DNA of 63,847 bases, filler included, from Dirinaria sp. TL-2023a (lineage: Eukaryota): assembly GCA_051941275.1 (NCBI GenBank). It is 29 parts of 29 records of this genome, joined end to end, with 100 filler letters (N's around TTAATTAATTAA, not from the genome) between each part and the next. Parts side by side here need not be neighbours in the genome. Positions count along the whole stretch, not along the records: positions 61,771 to 63,847 come from JAVEBF010002405.1; 28 more parts are not named here. The stretch is one strand, 5' to 3'. Position numbers and translations under genes: made by a program. The notes beneath the pieces are model-generated. The model saw only the letters and a program-made list of their open reading frames with translations. It did not search any database and had not been told where the DNA came from. Each line of letters opens with the position of its first letter. Position 1 is the stretch's first letter. Shown one piece after another: positions 61,771 through 63,847 of this stretch.

Positions 61771-63700
61771 CTCGATAAACGAAACATTGAGATCACGCGC
61801 TCGAGTTATTTCTTGAACTATAAGAATCTCGACTCGTTCAAAATCATTGAGATCATTGATAACAATAACGCATATAGACTCGAATTGCTCGAATCGATGT
61901 CGACAATTCACTCAGTGTTTCATTTTTGATTTCTTCATTTAAATTTCCGTCGCTCGTTACGAGAACAGCGTCGTCAACTCTCGTCGTCGATACATATCTC
62001 GAATTATACACATCACGACGCTCTCGTTATAGTGAATTCGCGCATGAACATGCGAAAGAAAGACTTTAAATCGAACTCTACGCGATCGACAGAACAACGA
62101 AGCATATTACAATATCAAATTCATTATGTCGACGATCTCGATTACAATCAATAATCGATCTGACAAAATTACACGAACGCGAAAGAATGCTCGAATCTTG
62201 TAATTGACTTTTATCATGCACATTCAGATAAGTTCGAATCACACTGAAATTTCAAGATCTCGAATGACTGAATTTTATTGAGTTAAAGACATAAGACTAT
62301 CATGCAACGTATGCATAAAAATAAAATTCTTCGATTCGTTAACGATTTATCGAGTGCATTTTAACGTTCTCGCGTATTATTTAAACAAATCTTTATCGCG
62401 AAAACGAACTCGATTAAAGACGATGTATACTCGTATCATAATTAGCATCGTTACTCGAAATCGTTTTAAATATCTCGAACTTATTGACATACACGTAATC
62501 GTTTTGATGAACACATTAAATTTCACTTTATCATTTCGACGAACTCAGTTGATATACGACTTTCTCGAACTCATTTGAAAGCAATTGAAGCACTCAGTTG
62601 AGACACATTCATTATCTAAACGTCTGTCTATGTCAAACAACGCAAATCTATCGTTTGACATCTTTTTATAAATACTAAAGATTCAATCTAATCTCAAAAT
62701 CATGAACATACGTGCATGCGCAAAATAAAACGTCGCATTATAGCGTTTTTGCAAAATATTCTTTTTTGAGATTTTTTTACTAAAGAATGATCACGTTTAT
62801 TACTCGATCAACACTCTCGAAACATAGTCAAAATCGAATTTAGATCACATCTGCTGCTCGGCACGATGCATGATCACATGCGCATATCTTTAGATAGAGA
62901 TGCTCGTCATCGTTATGCGCACGTTTGTTACTCGAATATGCACTCTGAGACAATCAAATTCAAAATCAAATCATTTTCGATACTCGACAAATCGCACTCA
63001 CTCGAAAGCACGTTTTCTGAAGACAGAATCATGATCAATGCATATATGCTCATTACTCGACAGACTCACGTCTATCTCATGATCAAAATTAATTTCGTTA
63101 CTCGAAAACTTTCAAAAATACTTGATCAATGATTTTTTATCTGCTTCACGTTTGTACAGTATTATCATTTTCAATACTCGATTTCGACGTCACAACGAAC
63201 TCTCACGAACTTATTCATCTTTGTTACTCGAAAACTTTTATCTTTTTATGAATATCAGAATTTTTATATCTGATATTAGAATTTTTTCACTCTTATTACT
63301 CGAATATGAAGCACGATCGTTATCAGATTCACTCTCACTACTCTGCGACTGTCACTCTCGTTACTCTGCGATCGTCACTCTCGTTACTCTGCGAACGCTT
63401 TATCACCTTCATTACTCGTTTCTTTCACGCTCGATATTCGACTATTTTCACGTCAAATATTCGAGTATGATCACGCACGCTACTCGACGTTTTTGAGATA
63501 AACTCACGAGAGCTCGCCGTCGTTGAAGAGGGAGATGATGTCACGAGTTTAGTGCGATAATGTTGGAGCTCTCTCGAAGGAATCTCGAGAGCGCTAGCGA
63601 ACGAGGTTTCTACTTAAACCTCGCCCCCATGTATCTTAGTTCTGCATAGCTAGTATTCTCGTCAATATCATATCTATCTATGCAGCCTAGATCCCTAACA
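61771..63700 (+). mobile_element. 3' end of a Gypsy chromovirus: integrase GPF/Y region and chromodomain relic, about 1.25 kb 3' non-coding region, PPT and 3' LTR
   Basis: LDSFKII..NAYRLEL..IHSVFH, LQYQIHY..., FYHAHSDK; PPT GAAGAGGGAGATGA at about 63525-63538; LTR 63539-63700. Confidence 0.9.
63539..63700 (+). repeat. 3' LTR (162 bp)
   Basis: TGTCAC...TAACA; aligns without gaps to 56723-56884. Confidence 0.93.
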
Positions 63701-63847
63701 CGAGACGAAATCATAATCGTCACGATAACACAAAAAACAAAACTCATGTTTCAGACGCATTTTTCATTTTCGTCGAAAATATCGATGAACGATATCGAAA
63801 AATTTATTTATTCACTGCTCATCGAGAAAAACGTTTCAATCACAGAA
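63701..63847 (+). mobile_element. Tad1-like LINE ORF2 fragment (insertion host of the chromovirus)
   Basis: Reverse-complement match to about 53690-53840. Confidence 0.85.

Noticed and set aside
1..63847. A gene cluster or giant element spanning several contigs (for example NmrA + MDR + NLR + transporter)
   Set aside because: Contigs are ordered by length, so neighbourhood across linkers carries no information.

Overview
This window is not one locus. It is a pseudo-scaffold of 29 unrelated ~2.1-kb contigs, sorted by decreasing length (2149 to ~2080 bp) and joined by an artificial 100-bp linker (44 N + TTAATTAATTAA + 44 N), so adjacency across linkers means nothing. The DNA is from a filamentous ascomycete: short GT..AG introns with CTAAC/CTGAC branch sites and Pezizomycotina-type genes. 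Recognisable genes or fragments are folylpolyglutamate synthase, HisRS (HTS1), TFIIA large subunit (TOA1), an APH-type kinase, a MATE-like transporter, NmrA, an MDR oxidoreductase, a GPI-type surface protein, an NLR-like TPR protein and a P-loop GTPase fusion. About a third of the window is decayed retroelement sequence (Copia, Gypsy/chromovirus, Tad-like and L1-like LINEs, solo LTRs). Three observations stand out. (1) A divergent Spo11/Topo VI-A-like ORF that keeps its catalytic Tyr sits head-to-head with a MIT-less Vps4/katanin-like AAA ATPase, across a ~90-bp tandem array. (2) Repeats carry RIP-like hypermutation strongly biased to CpC rather than the canonical CpA. (3) A complete 1.67-kb non-autonomous LTR element has an 11-nt Tf1-like self-priming complementarity. 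All protein assignments are from motif recognition by eye; no searches were run.
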